From Geosiphon pyriformis uo1 (Eukaryota > Fungi > Glomeromycota), in contig JAAOMT010000316.1 of assembly GCA_016748015.1 (NCBI GenBank), positions 1-64,000 of the forward strand: a DNA stretch of 64,000 nucleotides. The letters run 5' to 3'. This document shows, one piece after another, positions 13,836 to 26,708 of the stretch. The number at the start of each line of letters is the position of its first letter. Within the stretch, counting starts at the first letter, position 1. A model generated the notes under the pieces. It saw only the letters and a list, made by a program, of their open reading frames with translations, searched no databases and had not been told where the DNA came from. Made by a program: the position numbers and the translations under genes.

Positions 13836-14194
13836 TAGACTGAATTGTTATTCTTTAAAAATTAAAGAATTTTAAATTAGCATCTTTTAAAAAGATCAAC
13901 AAAATAATAAGAAACTTGTTTAACGTTTTTATAATAGAAATATGCACAATAAACTTTAATATCAATTATCATTGTGTCTAATTGTGTTTCATTTAAAGAA
14001 ATGGCATAATGCATGAAATTAGAAAATTATACTTTAATACTATTTTTATTACTTTCTAGCATGTTATAAATAAAATCTCTGAAAGATTCCTTCTTTTCAA
14101 AGTTTAATATTTCAAAACTTCAGAAAGGATATATTAAAAAACTTAAGCGACTACAAAACCTTCTCATAATACTTATTCAAATTTTATATACATC

Positions 14195-14668
14195 ATGGAA
14201 ACCCTTAAAATTAAAAGAACTCGTCTAGAAGTTCATGAATGTAATGAATGTGAAGTTTGTAAAAGAAATATAAAAGAGGTCTGGAGGGGGAATGAATGTG
14301 CGGCATGCAAATTCATATTTTTTGAAAAACTTTACAAAAACTTTTCAAGTGGCAATAAAGTAGTTGATAAAATAATTAAGAATCCAATCTATATTCCACC
14401 CAAGAATCATGATAAATATGATACTAGTAGAGTTAATTATTACAAATGGGTTCCATGGGAGCGTTTGTCAAATATCATTAAAATTGGGAAGGGAGGTTTC
14501 GGCATAATTTATAAAGCAATATGGATAGATGGTTATATTGATTTTACAACTGTGCATAATAATAAAACGGAATATAAAACATTAGGAGAGAAAGAAGTAG
14601 CAATAAAATTTATGAATATATCTTTGGAGGATAGTGATGAACGTTTTAAAGAGGTAATTAAATTATTA

Positions 14669-14763
<95 letters not shown>

Positions 14764-15897
14764 ATCATTACTAATATTTTAAATTTCATTTCATTTTAAT
14801 TTAATTTACTATTTTTTATGTTTTATGTTTTATTTTTGATAGTTAAATATTATAAGAACTATGTTTATTGAGGGTTCAAATCTAGTATATCTCTCTAAAA
14901 TAATAGGGATTACGCAAAACGCTAAAACACTCAATTACGGGATTGTGATGGAATTTGCAAAACATGGAGATATGCGAAAATATTTATCAACAAATTTTTA
15001 TTCTACTGGTTGGTATGATAAATTATTCATAGCAACAGATATTGCCACAGGACTTATTGCAATGCATTCATCTGGTATCGCTCATCGTGACCTACACTCA
15101 GGTAATATCCTTCAACATGACCGAAAATGGGTACAAATTGGAGACCTCGGATTCTGTCAACCTACAAACAATGAAGCAACAACAGGAAAACCGATGGAGC
15201 AGAAAAAAATATATGGAGTGATTCCGTACATTCCACCAGAAGTTTTAAGAGGAGAAAAGTTTACAACGGCTGGTGATATTTATAGTTATGGGATGTTATT
15301 ATGGGAATTGGCAACAGGAAAGCCTCCCTTTCACGATTTTTGTCATAACGCTGTTCTTATAATAGCTATTTTAAATGGTAAAAGACCTGAAATAACCTCT
15401 CCCCTTATTCCACCTTGTTACGCTAAAATAATTGAAAAGTGTTGGGATGATGATCCTAAGAACCGTCCTACTGCTGAGGAAGTTGTGAAGAACTTGTTTG
15501 AAATTCGAGGATTTTCATCTCATAAGCCTAAATGGCTAGAATTTTTTGAATCAGATAAATTTGTAAGAGAAATGAGGAAAAACCACGAGACAACAAAAGA
15601 TTCACCAAAATCTTGTCCAATAACAACCATTCATCCAGGGGCAGTTTATACAAGTCGCCTTTTAACTTTGCAATTGATTAAAGAATCAAACGGTTAGTTC
15701 CTTTAATTTTGAAGAGTTTTATACTGATTAATTCTTTGACTTAATAAATATATATCATAAAAATTTTGTTTCAAATTTAAAAGAATTAATTTATCTACCT
15801 AGAGGTAAGAAATTAAATAAAAATTAGAGTACAATTTTATTTCATCTATTTTTTTAATGCTTATTTTAATATCTTATATTTAGATGACTCTCAATAA
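14195..15897 (+). CDS. TKL-type protein kinase with Cys-rich N-terminus; exons 14195-14653, 14843-15692, 15784-15804, 15884-15897
   Basis: GKGGFG, VAIK, HRDLHSGN, DLG (for DFG), GVIPYIPPE, DIYSYG, CWDDDPKNRP and the family tail IHPGAVYTSRLL. The GT-AG intron 14654-14842 restores frame. The last two small exons are inferred from conservation in paralogs; unspliced, the ORF stops at 15697. Confidence 0.93.
14663..14762. repeat. (TTA)n microsatellite in kinase intron 1
   Basis: About 100 bp of near-perfect TTA repeats just after the GTAATT donor. Confidence 0.95.
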
Positions 15898-18800
15898 ATC
15901 TAATCGTGGTCTTAAAATCTTAAAGTTTCACAATGTTGTAAATAGATTAATCTCATAAAAATTAACGATTAATTTTTTGGAAAAAATTTAAACCAATTTT
16001 ACAAGTCAAACTAAATTTATTTTTCTTTATAATTTTAAATTTTGCTAATCAATGTGTGATTAATTTTTATATACTATTTTAATATAAAAATAAAAAATGA
16101 AATAAATTTTTAATCAATTGTTTTTGGTTTTAAAACCAATATTTAATATAAGATTTTGATATATTTATGATTTTATCTAATTAATGTTAATATTATAATA
16201 AAAACATTTTTAAAAATATAATAATATAAATAAAATTTATTGAATATAAATATATTAAGTAAAAAATTATTTTTATTGCTTTTTTATTACAATTTTATTG
16301 ATTAGGTATAAAGTAAAAATCAAATCTTTATTAAATCTGAATACAAAAAACAACTGAAAAAATATAAATTTTTAAATAAATTTTAGTTAATAAAAGTAAG
16401 TTTAAAAGAAATTCATTAAAAAATATTTTTTAATCAATATGTAAATAACAGAGTCATAAGTTAAAAGTTAAAATTTTTTGACCAATTCATAAAAGTATTA
16501 GAAAAATATTTTTTAAAACAATATTTTATCAAATCAAAAATTAATTTTTTTATTTTAGCTTAAATTATTAACTCAAATTTTGACCTTATTTATTTTAAAC
16601 TGATTGTTAGCATTTAGTTACTCGTATTATCTAGAATTTTTTTCGAGATGCATATCAAATTTTCTATAAAATATTAGACCAAGTCTTTTTTAAACGAAGA
16701 TTTTTTAATAAAATTAATTAATTATGCTTTTTTCATGCCTCCCAAATTATGTGATAAGCTAAATTTCCCATTAGCCTCTATAGGCAAACCTTTATCTATT
16801 TCATACCCATAAAGGCTAGGATATTCTAAATTAAAATAAATCATTACAAACTATTATAAATACAATATTTTTATATTTTAGAAAATTTTTTAAAAAGCAG
16901 AAATTTTTTTTATATTATAAATAAATAAATAAAACAAACTCATCTTTACAATTATTTAAAACTAATGTTTTAATTTATGTATCTTACTTACAATAACTTT
17001 GAACTATATTTATAGTCACAAAAAATATTTACAAATTATTGTAAATACAATACACTTTTAATTCTTTGCACTTTTATTCTTAATAAAGTTAAATATATAT
17101 AATTGAACAACTTAGTAAAAAATTTATTCTGTTTAATAATATTTAATTTTGTAAAAATTAAAAATCTTCAAGTTTTTTTTAAAATATTCAGTAAAAACCA
17201 GTTATTTAATATTTCTAAATAGTTAATAAGTACTAATTAATTGATATTTATAAATATTTGTAATTAATTAAATAGAGTTTTATATTCTATATTTTCTCGT
17301 TTAAAAAAATGTTAATCCTAAACATATTGTAAAACTTATTAAAAAGTTATTCAAGACAATATTAAAATAATATTTTTGTTATTTACTTGAGCAAAAAACT
17401 TTTAAGAAAATTAAAAGCAAATACATAAGATAATAATATAATATTAATAACAAAAAAACATATTGTTATTAAAATAATTATAAAAATACTAAAGTAATGA
17501 AAATCAGGCTCAAATTCCGTATCAATTAATTGATAAATGTATATATTTTAATATCTAAAAAATCTTTACCATTTTGAAATTAGATGCTTTTATGTAGAAT
17601 TGAGATATTTTAATATCTGAAAAATTTTTCAACAAAAAACTATGCAAGAATTAATGCTAAGCTGATATAAAATTTATGTATACAGTGAGAATAACATAAC
17701 TTATTTCTGCCCATTTTTAATAAGTTCCTGTACTAAATTCAATAGTTTTTATCTTCTCATTTATTCTATGGACCATTATTTGTTTTGCTAAATTTTTAGC
17801 CCTTTTTTTAGGGAATGAGCTGTAAGTATTAAATTGCGCCCATTAGTTTAGATGATTTCTGGTAGTTGAAGGGTAGCTTCGTGGTCTAATTTCTTTATTT
17901 AGAAAAAATTAATTGTCAAGAATTAGTTTATTAGTCTTGATACTATTTTTTTTCAAGTGGTTTTGCAGCTCTTGATGGAAGTGCATGTGAAAAATTAATA
18001 CCATATCGAAACAGGACTTTGATTTATTTACGTCTCTATCTTTGAGGCTTTGGAATCAATTTGTTGACGAATCAGGTGATTTCAATTAAGAAAGGTTTTG
18101 AGACATAATTTTTACTTTCATCAAATTATTAATGTAGAAATCTTAAAAATCTGATAATAGTTTGGAAAGCATTTTTATAAATTTAATTACTGATAAAAGT
18201 TCTGGAATTCCACAATTTATAGGGCATCATTTAACGTCGATTTAGTTATTAAATTTCCTAAAATAAAGATAATAGATCAATTTTCAATTTTCAATTTTCT
18301 AGTTTTATCAATCCTACGTCTTTTTTTATTTTTCTCCGGTCTTCAATATATTCGAGAAGCTTTTTGGGATCAAAAAAATCTTGAAAAACCAGAATATAAG
18401 TAGAGTCTGTTTTTTGGTTTCAAAAAAATTGAAATGGATTTCAGATGAGCATATTTATCATAAGCATTTTGATTATTGCATTTTCATATAAAAATATTAC
18501 ACAAATTATGGGTTAAAAAGTACATATTAGCAAGAATGAAAATAATAAAACTCTTTATATCACTGCTATTTGAATCTTCTAGTAGCATCGTTAGTTTTGG
18601 ATTCAGGAATCTTTCTTTTTAATTGTTCAAGATAGATTTTGGAAAAACTTTTAATATGTGGTTCTTTAATTTTATGTCTCATATATGATCTTATTTCATT
18701 CAATATTTATTTGCAAGAAATATTTCTTATTCTATAATAACAAAAAACTAGTAACGAATGGCTAAAGTTTTTATTAAAAAACAATGTATGCTACAAATCT

Positions 18801-19083
18801 CAATTGCTTTTTACATCTTCAAAAAGTTTTATTATCGATATTAGTTCTAATGTAAATAAATTTGACAACAGTTTAATCACAGGAAAAACATTAACTTTAA
18901 TAGGGTATGTGATTCCGAAAAATAATTTCTAAAAATATCCAAAGATGGGCACCAATTATTTGTTCGCGATAAAAAAAACTTGTGAATTATTTTTTAAAGA
19001 TTATTTCTCTCACGATCAACATATCGATGATCAATTCAGGTAATATATTTTAGCGGTTTATTCGTTTGTCTATTTACTACACC

Positions 19084-20489
19084 ATGGAAAGACTCGAAGT
19101 TATAACTACTTACCCAGAAGCTCATGATTGCGACGAATGCCAGGAGTGCCAAAAGAGCATCCGAGTACCTTCTAGAAGCAATAATTGCAGCGCGTGCAAA
19201 CTCTTATTTCTAAAAAGACTGTATAAGGACTTTTCAAGCGGAAATGAAGCAGCCAACGAAATAATTAAAAATCCAATTTGTGCAAACAAACTAAACGGAT
19301 TATTTTATTACGAATGGATTCCATGGGAGCGTTTGAAGGATATTTCCAAGATTGGTCAGGGAGGATTTGGTATTATTTATAAGGCAACATGGATAGATGG
19401 ATTAATTGATTTTGCAACTGTGCATAATGGTGAAATGGAATATGAAAGAGAAGGGGGGACGGAAGTTGCGATAAAATTTATGAAAACATCTTTAAGGAAC
19501 TATGATGAACTCTTCAATGAGGTATTGAAATAATTATTTATCTGAATACAATTTTTATTTACAATATTTTAATCAATTATTCATTTATATAATTTTTATT
19601 CCCCTATTATTAGATGAACATTCAAAGAGCTTTATTCACAAACAGCACGGTTAAATTTGGAAATATCTCTAAAATATATGGGATCACAAAAAACGCTCAA
19701 ACACTCGATTATGGGTTTGTAATGGAGTTTGCCAAACATGGAGATATGCGGATGTATTTATCGTTAAACTTTGAGTCTACTCGTTGGCGTTATAAATTGC
19801 CTATAGCAATCAATATTGCAAATGGCCTTAATCTGATCCATTCTGTTGCTATGACACATCGTGATCTACACTCGGGCAACATTTTACAATATGGTGAAAG
19901 TTATATAGAAATTGGAGATCTTGGATTGAGCCAACCATCAAACTCAATAACCACAGCAACGGAGGAGAAAAAGATATATGGAGTAATTCCATACATTCCA
20001 CCAGAAGTTTTAAGAGGAGAAAATTTCACGACAGCTGGTGATATTTATAGTCTAGGGATGTTATTGTGGGAATTAGCGACAGGAATATCTCCTTTTCATG
20101 ATTGTTCTCATGATGGGATCCTTATAACGGCTATTCTAGATGGTAAAAGACCTGAAATTATCTCCCCTCTTATTCCAGTTTGTTACATTCAACTCATTGA
20201 AAAGTGTTGGGACAACGATCCATCGAATCGCCCTACGGCCGAGGAAGTTAAGAAGAGACTGAATGAAATTATTGGGATGTACGAAGCCTATGATGATGAG
20301 TTTACAAATGAGAGCCCTGAGATTCTTCAATTTTTAGAATCGGATAAACTCCTAAAAGAAATGTCGAACACCCATCAGATAAAAAAAAATTCACAAACCA
20401 TTCATCCAGGAGCAGTTTATACGAGTCGTCTTTTAACCGCTCAAATTGTTGATTTTTCAACAGATTTTTGTTCTTTTAATTTAAAATAA
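19084..20489 (+). CDS. TKL-type protein kinase paralog; exons 19084-19521 and 19614-20489
   Basis: ATG at 19084 (accATGg). GQGGFG, VAIK, HRDLHSGN, DLG, GVIPYIPPE, CWDNDPSNRP. Intron 19522-19613 (GT...AG) is at the same position as in the paralog. Confidence 0.93.
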
Positions 20490-23400
20490 TTTTTATAGTG
20501 ATTTATTGTTAGATTTAATTATTTTAAATTGAATGTTTAAATCACTTTATAAATTCAAATTTGAAAAGATTAGTCTATTTGCCTAAAGGTAAGAGTTAAA
20601 ATATTAAATATGCATAATTGTTTAACACTTATTTATTTTGCTATCTATTATATTTAGACGACTCTTAATAAATCTAATCGTAATCTGTTATCTTTAATTT
20701 TCTACTCATAAGTATATAGCATAATGAGACTAAAGTCATGACTTGCTATTTTAGTTAGTTGAAAAGTGTATATATTTTAAATATTAACTGCGAAGTTCTT
20801 AGATTCATTTTTATATATTTTATTAATTTATTATAAAGGGTATTCTTTCACAAGATTTTTTAAAGAATATTCATTTTAGAAAAAATTTAAGTTGATTTAT
20901 CTTAATTTTGAAATTAAGTATCAATTTACATTAAAATAAATTTAGGTAATTATAACCAAATAATTTTTTATTAATTACGGTTTTGATAGCGAAGTCACAA
21001 AATGTATTACACTAAGTTTATTTGGATTTTAGTGGTTTAAAAATAATAACACACCTAATTTTTTATGTTTTAATTTCCATTTTGCAGATTTTAGATAAAT
21101 TTGCCTTGGATTTAATTTTTTATATAGCTGGTTAACTAATTTAAATATATAATTATACATAGTAAATACATAGATAGCTTCTATTGAATGTTATTTTATA
21201 ATAGCCAAATTATAGTTGTTAGTATTATTTTATAAAAATAAACATAAAATAATTTTTTTTAAATAAACAAAAATCTAGAAGATGTAGTTTTTTTATAATA
21301 TTGGAATTTACAAAAAAAAGACTTTTTTGGCAAAAAAATAAAGTATACAAAATATCCAAATTTAGGTTATATAATAAAAAAAATGCAAAATAAATAAATT
21401 GTCTCTTTTCTTAATTATAAGATAATTAAATAACTGTTTATATTAATTGCTTTAGATTTATTATTGATTACCAAATTAGTTTAATAATGTTTAAATATAT
21501 ATAATAAAGTTTGTATAAAAACTAAAAACTATATTTTTAAAGTTAAAAATAATAAATAATTTACAGTTTTAATAATTGGTTTGCTTCTTAATATTAAGCC
21601 CTTTTTTTAAAATTCATTAAATATTGATCTTATGAAGTTTATTAATCTTTTAAATTATTATTATTATTATTAAAATATGTTTAGAATAATTTAATCTTAT
21701 TAGATATATTATTATTAATAAATAAAATTATAGCTTTTATATATTTAAATAATGTAAAAATTGGTTTGTTATTTTTTAAAGCTATTTTAAGTTTTACAAT
21801 CAAAACATTAATTATGCCTTAAATTTCTTCTTTTAATATTCTAAGCTTATTTTAAGTAACCTTAAAAGTATAATTAAATAATTTTACAAAATAAAATATA
21901 ATGTAATTATTTATATAGAAAATAAAATAATATATTTATTTGTTTTTAATTATATATAGTATTGAATTATTTTAACAATATATAAAAACTTGTATTACAA
22001 TTTATTAATTATATCTTTTATTATTTTGGTTAAATATTTTGTTAAATAATTTAGCAATGTTATCATTGTAAAAATTATTGTATGTTAATATTTTTCTTTT
22101 AAATATAGCAATTTTAAGAAGATAAAATAGAAATTTTTTTAACAACGATTAAAAATATAAAAAAATATAAAAAAATGTAATTAATTAGAAAAATATTTAA
22201 TCTTAAATTAAATATACAAATATTTTATAACTTATTATAAAACACAACAATTGCTGTTTAACTTTAAAAAAGTAAATCGACATAATTATTAAATTACTTT
22301 TGTTTTTAAAATTATTTCGAAAGAAATTTCAAAAAGATTAAAAATAAAAAACCAAAATTTTAAACAATTTTTTTGTAAGATAAATAATATACAATGATTT
22401 TATAACTTATTAATTTAAAAATATTTTTTTTTGTACTTAGAAGTAAATTCAAAATGAGCTATAAATCAAATTAATAAAAAACAAATACATATATAAAAAT
22501 AAGCATTAAAATGAAAAACACTTTAATTTTTTTTTGTTAAAACTTTCTTATAAAATTGAAAATCTTTTTCTCATAGAAATTTTTTTATTGATTTCAAAAT
22601 TTCATCATCTTTATTTAATTCAAAATTGTTATATTTTATATTATTAAGTTGTTATTACATCTTAACTATCTTTATATTGTTATTTTTACTGTAATTTTTA
22701 CTGTTATTTTTATTATTATTTTGCTATTTTTATATTTTAGCCATTTTAATTGTTATTTAAACAATTTGTCATTTGCTTATATGAACACAACTTGATTTTT
22801 TTTTATTATTAAAAAATAATCAATCTACAAATTGTAATTAACAAAATTAACGCAATTTGTATAACTTAACAATGACATTAAATTTGATTTTTTTATTATA
22901 GAAATACATAAATTAATTTTTTGAAGCATAACAGTTTATAAAATCTTTTAGCATTTTTTAATCATAATTAATACTAAAGAAAGTTGTTAATATTGAAAAA
23001 CAAATAGTTATTAAAACTATAAATAAATTTTGATTTTAAAAACATAATATTTAGCCTTTATACAAACTTTTTATATGCGTACACAAATGACATCAGAGAT
23101 TTACAGTAATAAATTCAGTTTCATTCAATCAATTAAATTCAATAGAAAATTGAGATCCGAAAACCTTTTATCAAATCATCTTCAATTAAAAAAGCTCTGG
23201 TTTATTTTTTCAATTTTCATTTGGAACTTTCTTGAAGCGTTGAACAATTATCAAAAGTTTTGACCTGGCCCAAGGCAAACAAACTATGGATTGGAAATCA
23301 ATTACTCTAACTTGCAATGATTGTCTGAACAGCAGGTTATTTCCTACGCCCTTATGGAAATATAATTTTTATTGTATTTTTAAATAAAACTTAATTTTTT

Positions 23401-24075
23401 TTCAATCTAAATATCATTACTAAAATGAAGTTTATTTTCCCAACCGGGAAATGACGTGAACCTTAATATTTGTAGAAGAAATAAATCCTTTAGATTATTT
23501 ATTCACATTCACCATTCAAGGCAAGAATACAAGAATGAAGGCTTTTTCGAAATTCAAAAAATGCATTTACTTTTTATCTTAACTACCACAACCTCGAATA
23601 CACTTGAATTTATTACGGGAAAATTTTGTCTCCTTAACAACGCAAAGTATGCACCCAAAGAATAATAAATGAAATTTAAGAAATTGAGCAACATTTTATT
23701 GCGGTTTTAGGAAGTGGACATTTTACTTTGGAAAAGTATTATTCAGAGATTCGTGCCAGTAGATTAGCGACTCGAGGATTCGGCAGTTAAGCATAAAAGT
23801 CACCACTAAAGATTTTAGTTAATGAATTCGAAACTTTAACCTTTTTTCAAAAATTGGCACGTCTGACGTTTTGTCAAAAAATGGATACGATCGGGTCAGG
23901 ACAAAAAAAAATAATAGGCAAGAGAGCTTTGTTCTTAATAAATTAATCTTCACTTATATTGCTTGGGTTGGATCGATGTCTAAACATAATCATTTTAATT
24001 AAAGGTGATATTATTTTAGAGGAGAATATGGAAATCTTGGGATACTTCGAGGTATGGCTTGAATTTAAACTTATT

Positions 24076-24286
24076 ATTAAAAATGCCCATTGGGCTCGAC
24101 CAAGATATTTTACCACTGTTGCCGCCCTCTTGATCATTCTCGTCCGACTTGAGTGGTTTGAGACATGGTTTCAATCGCACATAATCAACCATCTAGATAA
24201 ATAAATAAATTCAAAGATTGGAAATATCTGAGTTTAATTAAATACCGAAAAGTCGGAGCTTTAGAATACATACAAAACCACTTTTC
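24076..24286. repeat. Near-identical copy of 24625-24835 abutting an N gap; probable assembly redundancy
   Basis: 211-bp direct duplicate of the F-box last exon and intron with 2 substitutions seen; ends at gap 24287-24306. Confidence 0.8.
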
Positions 24287-24606
24287 NNNNNNNNNNNNNN
24301 NNNNNNAATAATAAGAAAGAAATCTGGAAATTTTAAACTATGTCAATTATATTTTTCTAAAAAAGTTTAAACAACTCAGTTAATAATCAAGTCAACAATT
24401 TGTTTTTAAAATAAAATATTATTCTGTATAATTAATATATAGTAGCTGAATAAAAAATTAACTATAATATTAATATTGGCCAATTATTGTTAACAAATAT
24501 AAGAAGTTTGGTAAAAAAAATTGATTTTTCAATAAAACTTAAAGTGCAAAATATCTTTTCAACAAATAAATTAATGAGGTGATAGTGGAAGGTTGATTAA
24601 TATAAA

Positions 24607-24984
24607 TTAATTCGTAAAAAATTCATTAAAAATGCCCATTGGGCTCGACCAAGATATTTTACCACTGTTGCCGCCCTCTTGATCATTCTCGTCCGACATG
24701 AGTGGTTTGAGACATGGTTTCAATCGCACATAATCAACCATCTAGATAAATAAATAAATTCAAAGATTGGAAATATCTGAGTTTATTTAAATACCGAAAA
24801 GTCGGAGCTTTAGAATACATACAAAACCACTTTTCACACAAGATGTATCATGATCGATAATTCTGAAGTCAACATCTCGCCAATAATAGCATGGACCGGT
24901 GCTTTTAGCTACCTCCAGAGGTTCACAGATGACAAGCTTGACAGGCAATCGATGCTCAAACCATTGATCACTATTTGTTGTCAT

Positions 24985-25027
<43 letters not shown>

Positions 25028-26206
25028 ACCGTCATGTCTATTAGATTTATTGAATCACCGTCTTCCTGTTCCTAATTTCAGCTACATATTAATACTAAGA
25101 ATTGAAAACAGTTGTTTACAATTGCACAATTACCGAAGAATCCAAAATAACAGCTTCGAATTTAAGGTATTGCAAAATAGCACGCCGATCAGCTTTGATG
25201 CGCCATATAACATGATAAGAGCCTGCTGGAACTGATTTAATTGAAGAACGAACCTAGGAAATCGTGCAATAAATTATATTTGTAATGATAGATGGAAAAA
25301 ATAACCGCGTAAATTCAAAGGAATAATCGTAATTCTTACGTCAAACCACCAAACATGGTTCAATCGCGCAATTTTTCCAAATTTACTTTTATTAAAATTA
25401 AAAGTTATTAATTTTAATCGATATTTGGGAGAGCAATAAATGAAAATAATCACCTCTCATTATCATTTTCAATTCTCCAATAACCATGGTTTCCAAGCCA
25501 AGTAATGCGTCTTTCTTTTGCAACGTAGGATATTAGGTTTCCCGCTAAAAACGAGTAATTTGATACATGTTAATATTATTCCAACGTTATTTCCTTTGAT
25601 TATATAAATTGGGGAGATAAAAAAAATTACCACCTCTTACCTAATTTTTTGTATAATTTACGCCAATCAATTTCTGTTTTTTCCTCATCTATATTTTCAT
25701 TTATGGTGGTAGAAACATCCTCTTTTGGATCCTTTTCAGATCTATTTCGTACATCTTCCTGTTCCTGTTCCTCCTCTTCATATTCATCATCTTCCTGTTC
25801 CTCCTCCTCTTCATCATCACTAGATTTAAAGCTTTGTCCCTTTCCATTCTCTTCATCTCCAAGATATCTCAAGTCTTTATCTCCAAAACGTAACATAAAC
25901 ATAATGCGCCACAAATAATTATCTTTGGTATGCGAAAACAAGTTTTTGTTAACCTGATTAAAAGCAAAGTTTTTTGGTTAAATTCATAAATTATTTTAAA
26001 GTTTTCCTTTGAGATGTACAAGACAAAATTTTTTGAGACATTACTAGAGCAACAGAAAAAATGTCTCGCTCATTCAACAAGCATAAGATTTTTAACATAA
26101 TGTCATGTGGTAATCTGGAAAAAATATCCTTATTTCTCGTTATATGAATCTCAATAGTGTCGTCAACCATCGTCTCGCAAGTATTTTTTCCAGAATCTTG
26201 TGACAT
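24607..26206 (-). CDS. F-box protein with acidic tracts and a C-terminal PP2/Nictaba-like domain (multi-exon)
   Basis: F-box FSRLPHDIMLKILCLLNERDIFSVAL|VNKNL...DNYLWR, acidic linker, IDWRKLYK. Spliced exons then read RRITWLGNHGYWRIEND, KFGKIARLNHVWWFD, VRSSIKSVPAGSYHVIWRIK, poly-D, DQWFE, and KSGF|MVDYVRLKP...FFTN* (stop 24607-24609). Confidence 0.8.
24986..25026. repeat. (ATC)n microsatellite encoding poly-Asp in the F-box gene
   Basis: Tandem ATC/CAT units; minus-strand frame reads MTVDDDD...DMTT. Confidence 0.95.
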
Positions 26207-26322
26207 TCTGTTTGACTATCAAAAATTTGGGAAATATTTTCTTTGCAAAAGAAAAAAGCACGATGGGTGCTTTTATATTGACACGAAGGATCTATAATTA
26301 TTTACTATTGTGTCTACACAAT

Positions 26323-26341
26323 AGATGTGTATAAGAGACAG
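26323..26341 (+). other. Nextera/Tn5 mosaic-end adapter (library artefact)
   Basis: Exact 19-mer AGATGTGTATAAGAGACAG, immediately followed by a duplicate of 25271-25637. Confidence 0.97.
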
Positions 26342-26708
26342 AAATTATATTTGTAATGATAGATGGAAAAAATAACCGCGTAGATTCAAAGGAATAATCG
26401 TACTTCTTACGTCAAACCACCAAACATGGTTCAATCGCGCAATTTTTCCAAATTTACTTTTATTAAAATTAAAAGTTATTAATTTTAATCGATATTTGGG
26501 AGAGAAATAAATGAAAATAATCACCTCTCTTTATCATTTTCAATTCCCCAATAACCATGGTTTCCAAGCCAAGTAATGCGTCTTTCTTTTGCAACGTAGG
26601 ATATTAGGTTTCCCGCTAAAAACGAGTAATTTAATACATGTTAATATTATTCCAACGTTATTTCCTTTGATTATATAAATTGGGGAGACAAAAAAAATTA
26701 CCACCTCT
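26342..26708. repeat. Redundant copy of 25271-25637 between adapter and N gap
   Basis: 367-bp direct duplicate with about 8 differences; bounded by the adapter on the left and gap 26709-26758 on the right. Confidence 0.9.

Noticed and set aside
14654-14764. Poly-Leu 'transmembrane' tail on ORF 14195-14764
   Set aside because: It is read-through into an intron containing a (TTA)n microsatellite; the paralog splices at the same site.
17700-18300. Slightly GC-richer patch, possibly another Myb relic on the minus strand (SHALPSRAAKPLEKK*Y)
   Set aside because: Too degenerate; no convincing Trp-spaced repeat.
20900-23050. Short ORFs or genes in extremely AT-rich tracts (also 16000-17500 and 49900-51170)
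   Set aside because: Low-complexity F/L/I/K/N frames with no motifs; probably fully eroded repeats whose boundaries cannot be defined.
24307-24470. Third fragment of the solo-LTR family (gttaataatcaagtcaa...actataata)
   Set aside because: Only a short match next to a gap; left end and TSD are not visible.
24850-25235. Poly-His and poly-Ile ORFs on the plus strand
   Set aside because: Antisense shadows of the poly-Asp (GAT)n exon of the minus-strand F-box gene.
26323-26341. Genuine Tn5/IS50 insertion or bacterial HGT
   Set aside because: The sequence is the engineered mosaic end used in Nextera libraries; there is no transposase and it abuts a duplicated fragment and a gap.
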